NCBI GenBank assembly: GCA_963664115.2
Contig: CAXWPJ010000009.1
Location: forward strand, 768,001-832,000
Direction of reading: 5' to 3'
DNA from: Terriglobia bacterium
GTDB lineage: Bacteria; Acidobacteriota; Terriglobia; 20CM-2-55-15
Length of the DNA stretch: 64,000 nt
Each line of letters starts with the position of its first letter. Within the stretch, counting starts at the first letter, position 1. Of this stretch, positions 47,749 to 57,431 are shown one piece after another. The notes beneath the pieces were generated by a model that had not been told where the DNA came from, searched no databases, and was given only the letters and a program-made list of their open reading frames with translations. The position numbers were made by a program, and so were the translations under genes.

Positions 47749-48909
47749 GTGAATGTACTTGCGCTGACCCTCGTGCTCCTCGCGCCGATCCTCCAGAACT
47801 CTTCCGAGGAAGCAACACTGGCCGGGGTTCGTCCCATCCTCCAAAGCTTGCGTGATCAGGCCACCGACTACTCGCCCACACGCGGCGCGACGAGTGGCTT
47901 GACTGAGGTAAAACATCAACTTCGGGACTGGATTGAGTCGAGGCTGGCTTTGCTGCCCGAAGACGGCGACGTCCGCGCCTTCGAGCGAGCGGTCAACGAC
48001 GCGCTCGATGACGCCGAACTTTTCTGCGTCGACGTCGCTGTCGAGTGCACGGACAACATCCTGGGCTATGTGGACATCGTTCGGGCGCACCGCGAACGCG
48101 ACTTCCTGGTCTTCGTGACGGCGATGGGCGTCTGGTGCGGCTACGACGAATCGGCCTACGTATACGCATGGGGAGGCCAGCGATGGGGGCGCATCTGGGA
48201 GAACGAGCAGAACACCTACACGGACGAAGGCTACCTGCCGCAAACGATACACGATGTGAAGATTTCGTCTCCCGATGCGAATGGAGACCGGCTGCTGATG
48301 ACTCTCGGTTCGCAGGCGGCCTGCGCCGGCTCGTTCAAAGACCTCTACGTTCGCGTCTGGGGGGTGGACGCCGATCACCAGACTGCCCCCGTCCTGGACT
48401 GGGCGGAATATGCCAGCGACGGGTATCCGCCGATACGAGGACAGGTCCGCCCCAACGATGTCCTCGTCCAATTCACCGTGGGCGGGATCGTTGCCGGCGA
48501 TAGCCACTCGGCCGTGCGCCACTTCGAAGTGCTTGATGGAACGGCCACACAGATCGATCCCATTGCCGTCAGGCCGCGGGATTTCGTGATCGAGTGGATC
48601 GCCGCCCCATGGCAGGAGAGCCAAACGCGCTCCGAATCGCCGTCTCTGGAAGAATGGCACACCCAACTGCACCGTGTGGATGGAGTCGGAGACTTCCCGG
48701 ATCCGACCCTGCGGTGCACGGCCGGCTCCGGTTTATGGCAGGTGGGGACAAACTTCTACGACGGACCGAAGAGATACTACCGCGTTCTCTGGCAGGGGCC
48801 TTACAGCTTCACCATGGTCGGCGTCAGCGAAACACCCTATCCGGACTGCACAATCGCAGATCCGCAGGGCGATGCCTATCCACAACTGTTCCCACCCGAT
48901 CCGGACTGA
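47749..48909 (+). CDS. Secreted hypothetical protein, beta- and Cys-rich
   Basis: Hydrophobic N-terminus, strong GC3 codon bias in this frame, six Cys. Confidence 0.8.
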   Translation: MNVLALTLVLLAPILQNSSEEATLAGVRPILQSLRDQATDYSPTRGATSGLTEVKHQLRDWIESRLALLPEDGDVRAFERAVNDALDDAELFCVDVAVECTDNILGYVDIVRAHRERDFLVFVTAMGVWCGYDESAYVYAWGGQRWGRIWENEQNTYTDEGYLPQTIHDVKISSPDANGDRLLMTLGSQAACAGSFKDLYVRVWGVDADHQTAPVLDWAEYASDGYPPIRGQVRPNDVLVQFTVGGIVAGDSHSAVRHFEVLDGTATQIDPIAVRPRDFVIEWIAAPWQESQTRSESPSLEEWHTQLHRVDGVGDFPDPTLRCTAGSGLWQVGTNFYDGPKRYYRVLWQGPYSFTMVGVSETPYPDCTIADPQGDAYPQLFPPDPD

Positions 48910-48969
48910 GTCAGGCGAGGCCTCCCAGACCATCATGGTATGGGCGATGCAATACCACCGATAGGCGTT

Positions 48970-50267
48970 CTAGGGCGCCAGGCTGCGGAGAGCTTCGACC
49001 GCCGCCTCGGCGACATCGGTGTTCGGATCCTGGGTCAGAGGCTGGATGTAAGGACGGGATTCGGGCGATCCAATTCGTCCGACAACGCCCAGGAGTTTGG
49101 CGCGAATATCAGCGATTCGGGATGAGCCCACCGGAAAACGCCATTGTCTTGTCCTGCGATTCGGAGGTGGGGATAGAGTTCCTCGAGTCTGCCTTCGTAT
49201 CGACCCAGTTCGAACAGATAGACTTCCGCAATTTGATCCCTGCGGCTATCGAGCGCATCCACGAGTTCCTGAAGATACATTGAGTTCCCGAATGCCACCA
49301 ACGCGAAAGCCTGGGCCAAACGAACCTCGGCATCACCCTCTTCAGCGAAACGCTCGACGAACGAAGATGCGTCGTAATCCAGACGGGCCAATCCCCGGGC
49401 TGAGAGTTCGCGATAGGAGTCTTCGTCACTGTCGAGCAGGGATTCGAACAGTTCGACGGCCGACGGTTCCCGCAACAAACCGATCGACTCGAGTGCCAGA
49501 TTACGCGTGTCACCGTCGTCACCAGTCCGAAACAGGTTTGATAGTGCAGGATACGCGGCCCGGTACCCCGTGCGACCCACCGATAAGATGGCCTCGCGAG
49601 CAACGCGTTCATCCTCATCACGGATAAATCGTGTCAGTGCCGGACCCGAATCCTGACTTCCAATGTCACCCATGGTCCGTATCATTGCGATCTGGACTTC
49701 CCAGTCTTCCCGATGCCGCGGTCCATCCAGCTCTTCGATCAACGCAGGCAGTTGATCTGCGGCGTTGAGGGAGCCGAGAGCATTCGCTGCAGCGACCCGC
49801 ACTTCCCAATCGAAGTCATTCTGGAGAGCCTCTACCAATACCTCTTTTGCGCTTTCGTCTACGAATACGTTCGGGCCCACGTTCAGTTGCTCGTCTTCAC
49901 TGAAGACGCGCGTCACATCGGTTATGAAGTTCCAGAACCCTTGCTCATCAGCCACAGGAATGTAGAGTCGGAGCAGAGAATCGATGGCCTGTAGTCGGAC
50001 GTCTAACTGAAAATCTGCGAGTAGCGCCTCACTGAGGGTTGGAATTGCAGATTGGTCTCGAATTCTTCCGAGTGCTCGAACAATGGATGTCCGAATCTCA
50101 CTACTCTGTTCGTTCTTGAAAGCGTCGCCCAAGAGAGGCACGGCATCCCGGTTTCCAAGCACAGCCATCGATTCGACGGCATCGCTCCTTTCTCTTGGGC
50201 TGGCACTGTCCAGGGCCGGCGTCTGCGCCAGCGCCAGGACCAGAATGAGTTGCAAGAACTGTGACAT
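48970..50267 (-). pseudogene. Secreted HEAT-repeat protein, frameshifted near its C-terminus by a 38-bp insertion
   Basis: Repeated L...D..VR..A..ALG HEAT units. Removing 49123..49160 restores ...LYPHLRSRIADIRAKLLGVVGRIGSPESRPYIQPLTQDPNTDVAEAAVEALRSLAP* (419 aa). As written the ORF ends at 49035 with a non-HEAT tail. Confidence 0.85.
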
Positions 50268-50446
50268 TTTGGATTTCCCTCTGGGTTAGCCCCTTACAAT
50301 CAATGCGCTACTTAGGAAATGCCGGGCATGTGCTTCCGACAGATTCTTCCAAACAAATACTTCGACTGTAGGGGCGTCGAAAGGTCGCGACTGCCCCGTT
50401 CATTTCCCCAAAAGTCTAGGCACAGGGTGACCCCATTCAGGTCCAT

Positions 50447-51394
50447 TCAGCGGGCGCCAAAGTGGCAATCACAGGATTCGAATTCGTCTCCATCTGGACC
50501 GCACTTCTCAATCTGAATGGTTGTGTGATCGATCTGATACCGCTTGTGCACAATCTCTCTCACACGGCTGAGAACGTCGGATCGGGCATGACTGTTCTCG
50601 CCCACCACAACATGACAGCTCATGGCCACCACTCCCGACGTCAGCGTCCACACGTGCAGATCGTGGACAGACAGAACTTCTTGCGCGCCAAGGAGATTGT
50701 CTTTCAATGACGTTAGGTTGATATGGGCGGGCGCTCCTTCGAGAAGGATGTCGACGGCGTCACAAATGAGCAGCCAAGAACTGGACAGAATTAGAACCGC
50801 AACAATCGCACTGATGATGGCGTCGGCCGAGTTCCAGTCAAAAAAGATGATAGCCAGACTCGCGAGGATTGCCCCGATCGAGCCCAGGGCATCACTCAAC
50901 ACATGAATAAAGGCGCCGCGGACATTAAGGCTTTGGGACTGACTTCCGAACAGAACGTAAGCGCTGACAAGGTTCGCCAACAGGCCTCCCGACGCGACCA
51001 ACAGCATGAGGTTGCCACGGACCGGTTGAGGCTCCATCAGCCTCTGGTAGGCCTCGTAGAAAATGAACATGGAAATCAGGACAAGAAAAACGCCGTTCAG
51101 GAGCGCGGCAAGGATTTCGACTCGGTAAAACCCGTAAGTCTTCCCCTCGGGCGCGGGTCGGCTTGCAAACCAGAACGCGAACAAACTCAGGCCCAGCGCC
51201 CCGACATCGGTGAACATGTGGCCGGCGTCGGCCAACAACGCAAGGGAATTGCTATAGATACCGCCGATTAGCTCGATCACCAGGACGGTCGCAGTGATGA
51301 CCAGGGCAATCCGCAAACTTCCGCCAGCGTCAGAGACACGCCCTTCGGGGGATTCTTGGTGGTCGTGGGTGTGGGGTCCCGCGTGGGAAGACAT
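50447..51394 (-). CDS. czcD: Cation diffusion facilitator (CzcD/ZitB-type Zn/Co/Cd exporter)
   Basis: His-rich N-terminus, SLALLADAGHMFTD, TYGFYRVEILAA, HVLSDALGS, VHDLHVW, HTTIQIE. Confidence 0.93.
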   Translation of the reverse strand: MSSHAGPHTHDHQESPEGRVSDAGGSLRIALVITATVLVIELIGGIYSNSLALLADAGHMFTDVGALGLSLFAFWFASRPAPEGKTYGFYRVEILAALLNGVFLVLISMFIFYEAYQRLMEPQPVRGNLMLLVASGGLLANLVSAYVLFGSQSQSLNVRGAFIHVLSDALGSIGAILASLAIIFFDWNSADAIISAIVAVLILSSSWLLICDAVDILLEGAPAHINLTSLKDNLLGAQEVLSVHDLHVWTLTSGVVAMSCHVVVGENSHARSDVLSRVREIVHKRYQIDHTTIQIEKCGPDGDEFESCDCHFGAR

Positions 51395-51533
51395 CGCAGA
51401 CACAATTATACTACGCGGACCCCGGCAGGGGTCAGTGCGATAACAGTTGTTTAAACAGACTGTTATAATGACCCGTTTTTTCGACACAGCCTACATCCGC
51501 GCTTCATTAGAGACGCGACATCAAGGGGAATTT

Positions 51534-52709
51534 GTGCAGGAAGATCAGGGATCCCAAGGTTCGCTCGCTCTTCCGCTGACAGTCCTGTCGGAAGATGAGA
51601 CCTTGTTCCGCGATTCTTGCCGATCCTTTGCCGAGGATCGCATCCGCCCACTCGTATCGCGAATGGATAGGGAGGGGCAACTCGACCGAGAGGTGATATC
51701 GGAATTGTTCGAACTCGGGCTGATGGGCATCCAGATCGGCGAAACACATGGCGGGCCCGGAGGCTCGTTTTTCATGTCCATCCTGGGCGTCGAAGAAATT
51801 TCACGGGTCGATGCGTCGTTCGGTGTGTTCATCGATGTCCAGAATACGCTCGTTAACAATGCAATCATGCGCTGGGGTACTGACGCGCAGCAGAACGAAT
51901 ATTTGCCGCGCCTGGTCAAAAACGTTGTCGGTGCGTACGCGTTGTCGGAGGGGGAATCGGGAAGCGATGCTTTCGCGCTTCAGTGCCGGGCCAAGGAAGA
52001 CGGCGACCAGTACGTTCTCACGGGCCGGAAGCTCTGGATAACGAACGCCTCTGAGGCGGAGCTGTTTATCGTCTTTGCGACGGTCAATCCCGAACTCGGA
52101 TATAAAGGCATTACCGCTTTCCTTGTAGATAAAGACCGACCCGGTTTCGCAATCGGCGGTAAAGAGGACAAGTTGGGAATTCGGGCTTCCAGCACATGTG
52201 AACTTTTCCTCGATGAATGCCGCATCCCGAAGTCCGCCGTACTGGGAATCGTGGGCGAAGGATACAAGATCGCGATCGAAACTCTGAACGAAGGCCGGAT
52301 CGGCATCGGCGCCCAAATGGTCGGTATTTCACAAGGCAGTTGGGATTGCGGCACAGCCTATGCCAAGGGACGCAAAGCCTTCGGAAAACCTATTACGGAA
52401 TTCCAGGCGGTTCAATTCCAACTTGCGGAAGCGGCGACGCGGATTGAAGCGGCCCGGCTAATGGTGTACAACGCGGCGCGGCTGAAAGATTACGGAAAGG
52501 ATTTTCTGACCGAAGCGGCGATGGCAAAGTATTTCGCATCCGAGGTCGCCGAAGACGTAACATCCCTAATCGTGGAAATCTACGGTGGCTACGGATATAC
52601 GAAGGACTATCCGGCGGAGAAATACTTTCGCGACTCAAAAATCGGAAAGATCTACGAAGGCACCTCAAATATGCAGTTGCAGACTATAGCTAAGCGTCTG
52701 TTGCGCTGA
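51534..52709 (+). CDS. Acyl-CoA dehydrogenase (short/branched-chain type)
   Basis: YALSEGESGSDA, GRKLWITN, KLGIRASST, GGYGY, IYEGTSNMQ. Start placed at GTG 51534. Confidence 0.95.
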   Translation: MQEDQGSQGSLALPLTVLSEDETLFRDSCRSFAEDRIRPLVSRMDREGQLDREVISELFELGLMGIQIGETHGGPGGSFFMSILGVEEISRVDASFGVFIDVQNTLVNNAIMRWGTDAQQNEYLPRLVKNVVGAYALSEGESGSDAFALQCRAKEDGDQYVLTGRKLWITNASEAELFIVFATVNPELGYKGITAFLVDKDRPGFAIGGKEDKLGIRASSTCELFLDECRIPKSAVLGIVGEGYKIAIETLNEGRIGIGAQMVGISQGSWDCGTAYAKGRKAFGKPITEFQAVQFQLAEAATRIEAARLMVYNAARLKDYGKDFLTEAAMAKYFASEVAEDVTSLIVEIYGGYGYTKDYPAEKYFRDSKIGKIYEGTSNMQLQTIAKRLLR

Positions 52710-52719
52710 CGGTCGACAA

Positions 52720-53688
52720 ATGAGTCAAACGGTACGCGTCCTACATCACGACAATTGCTTCGACGGCGTGGCCTCATCGGCCGTGTTTTCGAGTTTCTAC
52801 CGCCTTGCAGTCGATGCCGACGCGACGTTTGAATACGAAGGGCTGTCCCACGGTCCTGGAGCCTATCTCCTGGGCGACAAACTCGGAGCTGGGATCAACG
52901 CCATCCTTGATTTCAAGTACAGCGCATCGGATAGGCTGACGTGGTGGTTCGACCACCACCAAAGTGCCTTCCTCTCCCCGGAAGATGAAAGTCATTTTCG
53001 CAACGACCGGAGCGGTCGCAAGTTCCACGATCCGAACTACAAATCCTGCACGAAGTTTATTCGTTATATCAGCGAGACGATTTTCAGCACTTCACTGGAT
53101 CACCTGGACGATTTGATTTACTGGGCCGACATAATCGACGGTGCACAGTTCAAGGATGCCCAATCGGCCGTCGAATTGAAGGAGCCCGCGCTCAGGTTGA
53201 TGATGGTCATCGAATCGATTCGAGATCCGAAGCTAATCCGCGATATCATCGGCAGACTCCAAACACAAACACTGGCAGAAGTGGCGGCCCAGCCCTCCGT
53301 GAAGGGGCATTTCGATCGCCTGTATGAGAGCCATCTCGAGTCCATCGTGGTATTGAGGAAGGCCATGACCTCGACAGCGGGTGTCGTGGAATTTGACATC
53401 AGCGAATCCTCAGTTACGGGTCACAACAAGTTCATTCCGTATCATGAGTTTCCCGATTCGATGTACACCGTTGGCGTGAGTCTGGAACCATCCCGCGCGA
53501 AAGTTTCGGTCGGAACGAACCCATGGGCGAAATCTCCACTACGTCACAACGTGGCTCGGATCTGCGAACGCTATGGAGGCGGAGGCCACGCGGTGGTCGC
53601 TGCCATCTCGTTCGAGCCAGACAAGATAGACGAAGCCCGCCAGGCGGCTCGAGAAATCGCAGAAACCTTGCGACATGACCCTGAATAG
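52720..53688 (+). CDS. DHH/DHHA1 family phosphoesterase
   Basis: HHDNCFDG, ILDF, FDHH, C-terminal GGGH. Confidence 0.88.
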   Translation: MSQTVRVLHHDNCFDGVASSAVFSSFYRLAVDADATFEYEGLSHGPGAYLLGDKLGAGINAILDFKYSASDRLTWWFDHHQSAFLSPEDESHFRNDRSGRKFHDPNYKSCTKFIRYISETIFSTSLDHLDDLIYWADIIDGAQFKDAQSAVELKEPALRLMMVIESIRDPKLIRDIIGRLQTQTLAEVAAQPSVKGHFDRLYESHLESIVVLRKAMTSTAGVVEFDISESSVTGHNKFIPYHEFPDSMYTVGVSLEPSRAKVSVGTNPWAKSPLRHNVARICERYGGGGHAVVAAISFEPDKIDEARQAAREIAETLRHDPE

Positions 53689-54895
53689 CCCGAACGAGCC
53701 TCGCACGACGACGCCTTCTCTGCCACCCTACGGTTTTCCGGCGTCCGAAGCGCCAATCCATCCCGACCTGCTGTTCATTACCGATGTCCGAAGGCGCGCG
53801 ATTCCCTTCACCTACGCCCTCCTGGCCACCAATATTGTGATGTATCTGTTGATGGAGCTGTCGGGCGGCAGCATGAACGAAGCGACGCTCATGGCCTTTG
53901 GAGTGAAGTCCAATGCCGCTATCGATCAGGGAGAGGTCTGGCGCCTCATCACCCCGGTCTTCATCCATATCGGTGTCCTGCACCTGGTCTTGAACTCCTA
54001 TGCGTTATGGATTGTGGGGCAGCAGGTGGAGCGGCTCTATGGCAGTGCCCGTTTTATAACCCTGTACGTCCTGATGGGAATCTCAGGAGTGACCGGCAGT
54101 TACCTGTTTTCTCCCAACGCACTCTCCGCAGGGGCATCGGGTGCTATTTTCGGTCTATTCGGCGTGCTGTTGGTCTTCGGTATACGTCATCGCCGCAGGG
54201 TGCCTCAGTTCCTCAGCCGCGCGATCCGCGTCGGCATTCTTCCGGTTATCGGGATCAATCTGGTCATTGGCTTCCTCATCCCTGTCATCGATAACGCAGC
54301 CCATATCGGCGGGCTGCTCTCAGGAATGGCGCTGGCAGCGGTGGTCGGTTTTGAGGCCCCAGGAAGCCGAACGCCGGGCGTTTTTCAAATGGCCCGCCTC
54401 GTTGCGATTGCATCTGTTTTGCTGAGTTTTTACCTGGTCGGTGCCCGCTACGACGGGCCCGAGCTGCGAATGTCCAACCTCGCCCGCTCCTGGAACCCGC
54501 TGCTCGGGAGACAAACCACAACAGAACAGTTTATCCAGGCGGTGAATGCGGCCCAGCGAAGCTTTGGAGCAGCGCGGAGAGCGATTCGGGATGGAAATGC
54601 CGTCGCAGACAATGAAACTTTGTCATCCACGCTGGGCAACTCCATCGACCTCTTGCGGGACGTGCCCTCGTTGTCGGCTGCGTCGGATCAGCTTGTTGAA
54701 GAATTGGAAGACACAATGGAACAGTTATATGTACTCATCGAGGATATCGGGAGAAGTGGTCGCCTGAGAACCGATCACACACGCAGTCTGGAAGCAAATC
54801 TGTCCCGCTACCAAACAGTTTTCCGAAACCTGATGGACTGGATCGACACTGACGGTGAGAACTACGGCCTCCAGCGCAGCGATCGGGATGACTGA
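53675..54895 (+). CDS. Rhomboid intramembrane serine protease with a C-terminal soluble extension
   Basis: WRLITPVFIH, HLVLN, GASGAIFG, AHIGG. Confidence 0.95.
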   Translation: MTLNSPNEPRTTTPSLPPYGFPASEAPIHPDLLFITDVRRRAIPFTYALLATNIVMYLLMELSGGSMNEATLMAFGVKSNAAIDQGEVWRLITPVFIHIGVLHLVLNSYALWIVGQQVERLYGSARFITLYVLMGISGVTGSYLFSPNALSAGASGAIFGLFGVLLVFGIRHRRRVPQFLSRAIRVGILPVIGINLVIGFLIPVIDNAAHIGGLLSGMALAAVVGFEAPGSRTPGVFQMARLVAIASVLLSFYLVGARYDGPELRMSNLARSWNPLLGRQTTTEQFIQAVNAAQRSFGAARRAIRDGNAVADNETLSSTLGNSIDLLRDVPSLSAASDQLVEELEDTMEQLYVLIEDIGRSGRLRTDHTRSLEANLSRYQTVFRNLMDWIDTDGENYGLQRSDRDD

Positions 54896-55021
54896 AGATC
54901 TAAGGGACTGGTGCCTCCTTTGCGCTAGAATGAAGTATTCGTCCCGAAGCCGTATGCGGTTGCGTCGTCCCGGCTTCCTGCTGCATACTGCGAATTGCCA
55001 CCCTTTAAGCTGCTTGAACCA

Positions 55022-57370
55022 ATGACCTCTGAAATTACCCGCAGGATCAACCAGGAAGTCGGCATTTCTCTCCCGCGCATCGAAGCAACGATTCGCCTGA
55101 TCGGTGAGGGCGGCACGATCCCGTTCATCGCCCGCTACCGCAAGGAAGCAACCGGCAATCTGGACGAAGTCAAGATCCGCGAAATCGCCGATCGCTACAT
55201 CTACTACGGCGAGTTGGAAGAAAGACGCGAGACCATCCTGTCGACGATCTCGGATCTGGGCAAACTGACGGAGCAATTGCGCGAGAACATTGTCAATTGC
55301 TACTCGAAGAACGAACTGGAGGATCTCTACCTTCCCTACCGGCCCAAGCGGAAATCCAAGGCAAGCGTCGCAAGGCAGAAAGGCCTCGAACCACTCGCAG
55401 ACTGCGTTGAACAACAGGATGGTGAAGCCACACCCGAAGAGCGTGCCCTTGAATTCCTGAGTTTCGAGCGGAGGGTTCCGACCGTGGCTGCTGCCATCGA
55501 AGGCGCTCTTCATATCGTCGCCGACCGTGTATCCGAGAATACGGATTATCGGAAGTGGCTGCGGGAATCGATGTTCAAGGACGGTACGGTGCAGGCCAGG
55601 GTAAACAAGGCGAAGAAAGAGGAGAAGACCAAGTATTCGATGTACTACGAGTATGATGAGCCGGTCGCTCGTATACCCTCCCATCGAATGCTTGCAGTCC
55701 GCCGGGCGGCCCGTGAAAAGGTGCTGACATTTTCGATTCAGGTCGACCATGAAAAGGCAATTTCGGAATTGAAATCCCGATTCACGATCAAACCGGATTC
55801 GTCCTACGGGACAATGATGGAAAGGGCAATCGAGGACGGGTACCACCGGCTGATGGAATCTTCGATCCAGAACGAAGTCCGCCGGGACTTGCGCGAACGG
55901 GCCGAAAATGAAGCCATCAAGGTCTTCGAAGAGAACCTCCAGTCTCTACTTCTCGCCCCACCGGCGGGACAGATCGGAGTGGTGGGTATCGATCCCGGAT
56001 TGCGCACCGGATCCAAGATGGCGGTTGTGGACCTGACGGGAAAGTTCGTGGAGCATCAGACCATTTTCGTTGCTGAACCGAAGAAAGATCTTGAAGGAGC
56101 GGAGAAAATTCTTGTCGATGTGATCGCCAAGCACAAGGTACGCGGACTGGTCATCGGAAACGGCACAGGATCGAGGGAAACCCAGGCTTTTGTCCGTACG
56201 ATAGTCGAGAAACACGCACTGGACGTGTTCACGGTCGTCACCAACGAGGCCGGTGCTTCAGTTTATTCCGCCTCCAAAGAGGCGAGACGGGAATTCCCAA
56301 AGCTGGATGTGACGATACGGGGTGCAATATCCATCGCAAGACGGTTGCAGGACCCGCTTGCTGAACTGGTCAAAATCGATCCGAAATCTATCGGAGTCGG
56401 TCAGTATCAGCATGACGTCGACCAGAAAAAACTCAGATTCAGCCTGGGCGCATCTGTGGAATCCGCAGTCAATCGCGTCGGGGTCGATCTGAACACTGCG
56501 TCCGTGGACCTGCTGAAGTACATCTCCGGGATATCCGAGCGACTGGCTCTAACGATCGTTCAATACCGGGACGCACACGGTGCGTTTGCGAGTCGTGAGC
56601 AACTTCGTGAAATCGATGGTCTGGGAGATAAAACGTTCGAGCAGGCAGCCGGGTTTCTTAGAATCAAGAATGCAGCCAATCCTCTGGATGGAACCGCGGT
56701 CCATCCCGAGTCCTACCCCGTTGTGGCAAAGATGGCCGAATCCGTTGGACTGACGGTGAGCGATATTGTGAAAAATCCCGACAGGATCAACACGATCGAA
56801 TTTTCAAACTTCGAAAAGGAAACCGGCCGGTTGACACTCAACGATATTCGAACGGAATTGCTCAAGCCTGCGCAAGATCCCCGGAAAGCGTTTGCGGTCC
56901 CCAAATACCGGGATGACGTCCGGGAGATTGGCGATCTCAAGGAAGGGATGGATTTGGAAGGCACCGTGACGAACGTCACAGACTTTGGCGCGTTCGTCGA
57001 TCTCGGCGTCCATCAGGACGGGCTGATCCACATCTCTGAACTATCTCATCAATACATTTCAGATGCACGCCGCAGTGTCCATGTGGGTGAAGTCATGAAA
57101 GTAAAGGTGCTCAAGGTGGACGCCGCACTGAAGCGAATCAGCCTGTCGCTGAAGGCGACCTTGCCCAAACCGGAACCTCGACCGAGACCGAAACCTCGAC
57201 CGAGACCGAAACCAGTGCAGGGGCGGGGTAAGACTGGAGACAGGAAACCCAGGACCCGAGAAGCCGCCGTAGCAACCAAGAAACGGACAAAACCGCCGCC
57301 ACCACCCGAACTGTCGATGGAAGAAAAAATACGGCAGCTCCAGGAAAAATTCAAAGGCTCCAATCGGTAA
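55022..57370 (+). CDS. tex: Tex family RNA-binding transcriptional accessory protein
   Basis: TIPFIARYRKEATG, EDLYLPY, GIDPGLRTG, NEAGASVYSAS, GVGQYQHDV, C-terminal S1 domain. Confidence 0.97.
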   Translation: MTSEITRRINQEVGISLPRIEATIRLIGEGGTIPFIARYRKEATGNLDEVKIREIADRYIYYGELEERRETILSTISDLGKLTEQLRENIVNCYSKNELEDLYLPYRPKRKSKASVARQKGLEPLADCVEQQDGEATPEERALEFLSFERRVPTVAAAIEGALHIVADRVSENTDYRKWLRESMFKDGTVQARVNKAKKEEKTKYSMYYEYDEPVARIPSHRMLAVRRAAREKVLTFSIQVDHEKAISELKSRFTIKPDSSYGTMMERAIEDGYHRLMESSIQNEVRRDLRERAENEAIKVFEENLQSLLLAPPAGQIGVVGIDPGLRTGSKMAVVDLTGKFVEHQTIFVAEPKKDLEGAEKILVDVIAKHKVRGLVIGNGTGSRETQAFVRTIVEKHALDVFTVVTNEAGASVYSASKEARREFPKLDVTIRGAISIARRLQDPLAELVKIDPKSIGVGQYQHDVDQKKLRFSLGASVESAVNRVGVDLNTASVDLLKYISGISERLALTIVQYRDAHGAFASREQLREIDGLGDKTFEQAAGFLRIKNAANPLDGTAVHPESYPVVAKMAESVGLTVSDIVKNPDRINTIEFSNFEKETGRLTLNDIRTELLKPAQDPRKAFAVPKYRDDVREIGDLKEGMDLEGTVTNVTDFGAFVDLGVHQDGLIHISELSHQYISDARRSVHVGEVMKVKVLKVDAALKRISLSLKATLPKPEPRPRPKPRPRPKPVQGRGKTGDRKPRTREAAVATKKRTKPPPPPELSMEEKIRQLQEKFKGSNR

Positions 57371-57431
57371 ATTCCTCCACGATCCCGGAGTACCTGCCAA
57401 TCCCTCTCTCTATCTGCTAGCTTGGAACCAT

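Noticed and set aside
47734-48672. 312-aa minus-strand ORF
   Set aside because: Shadow of the plus-strand secreted protein, which has the signal peptide and the GC3 bias.
48594-49283. 229-aa plus-strand ORF containing the IS630 peptide [12 protein letters not shown] as a transposase remnant
   Set aside because: Similarity is limited to the 38-bp insert; the flanks are antisense HEAT-gene sequence, not decayed IS.
54725-55846. 373-aa minus-strand ORF
   Set aside because: Antisense to tex and the rhomboid gene.
57174-57213. 18-bp tandem duplication in the tex 3' region (PRPRPK x2)
   Set aside because: In-frame expansion in a low-complexity tail; no sign of phase variation.
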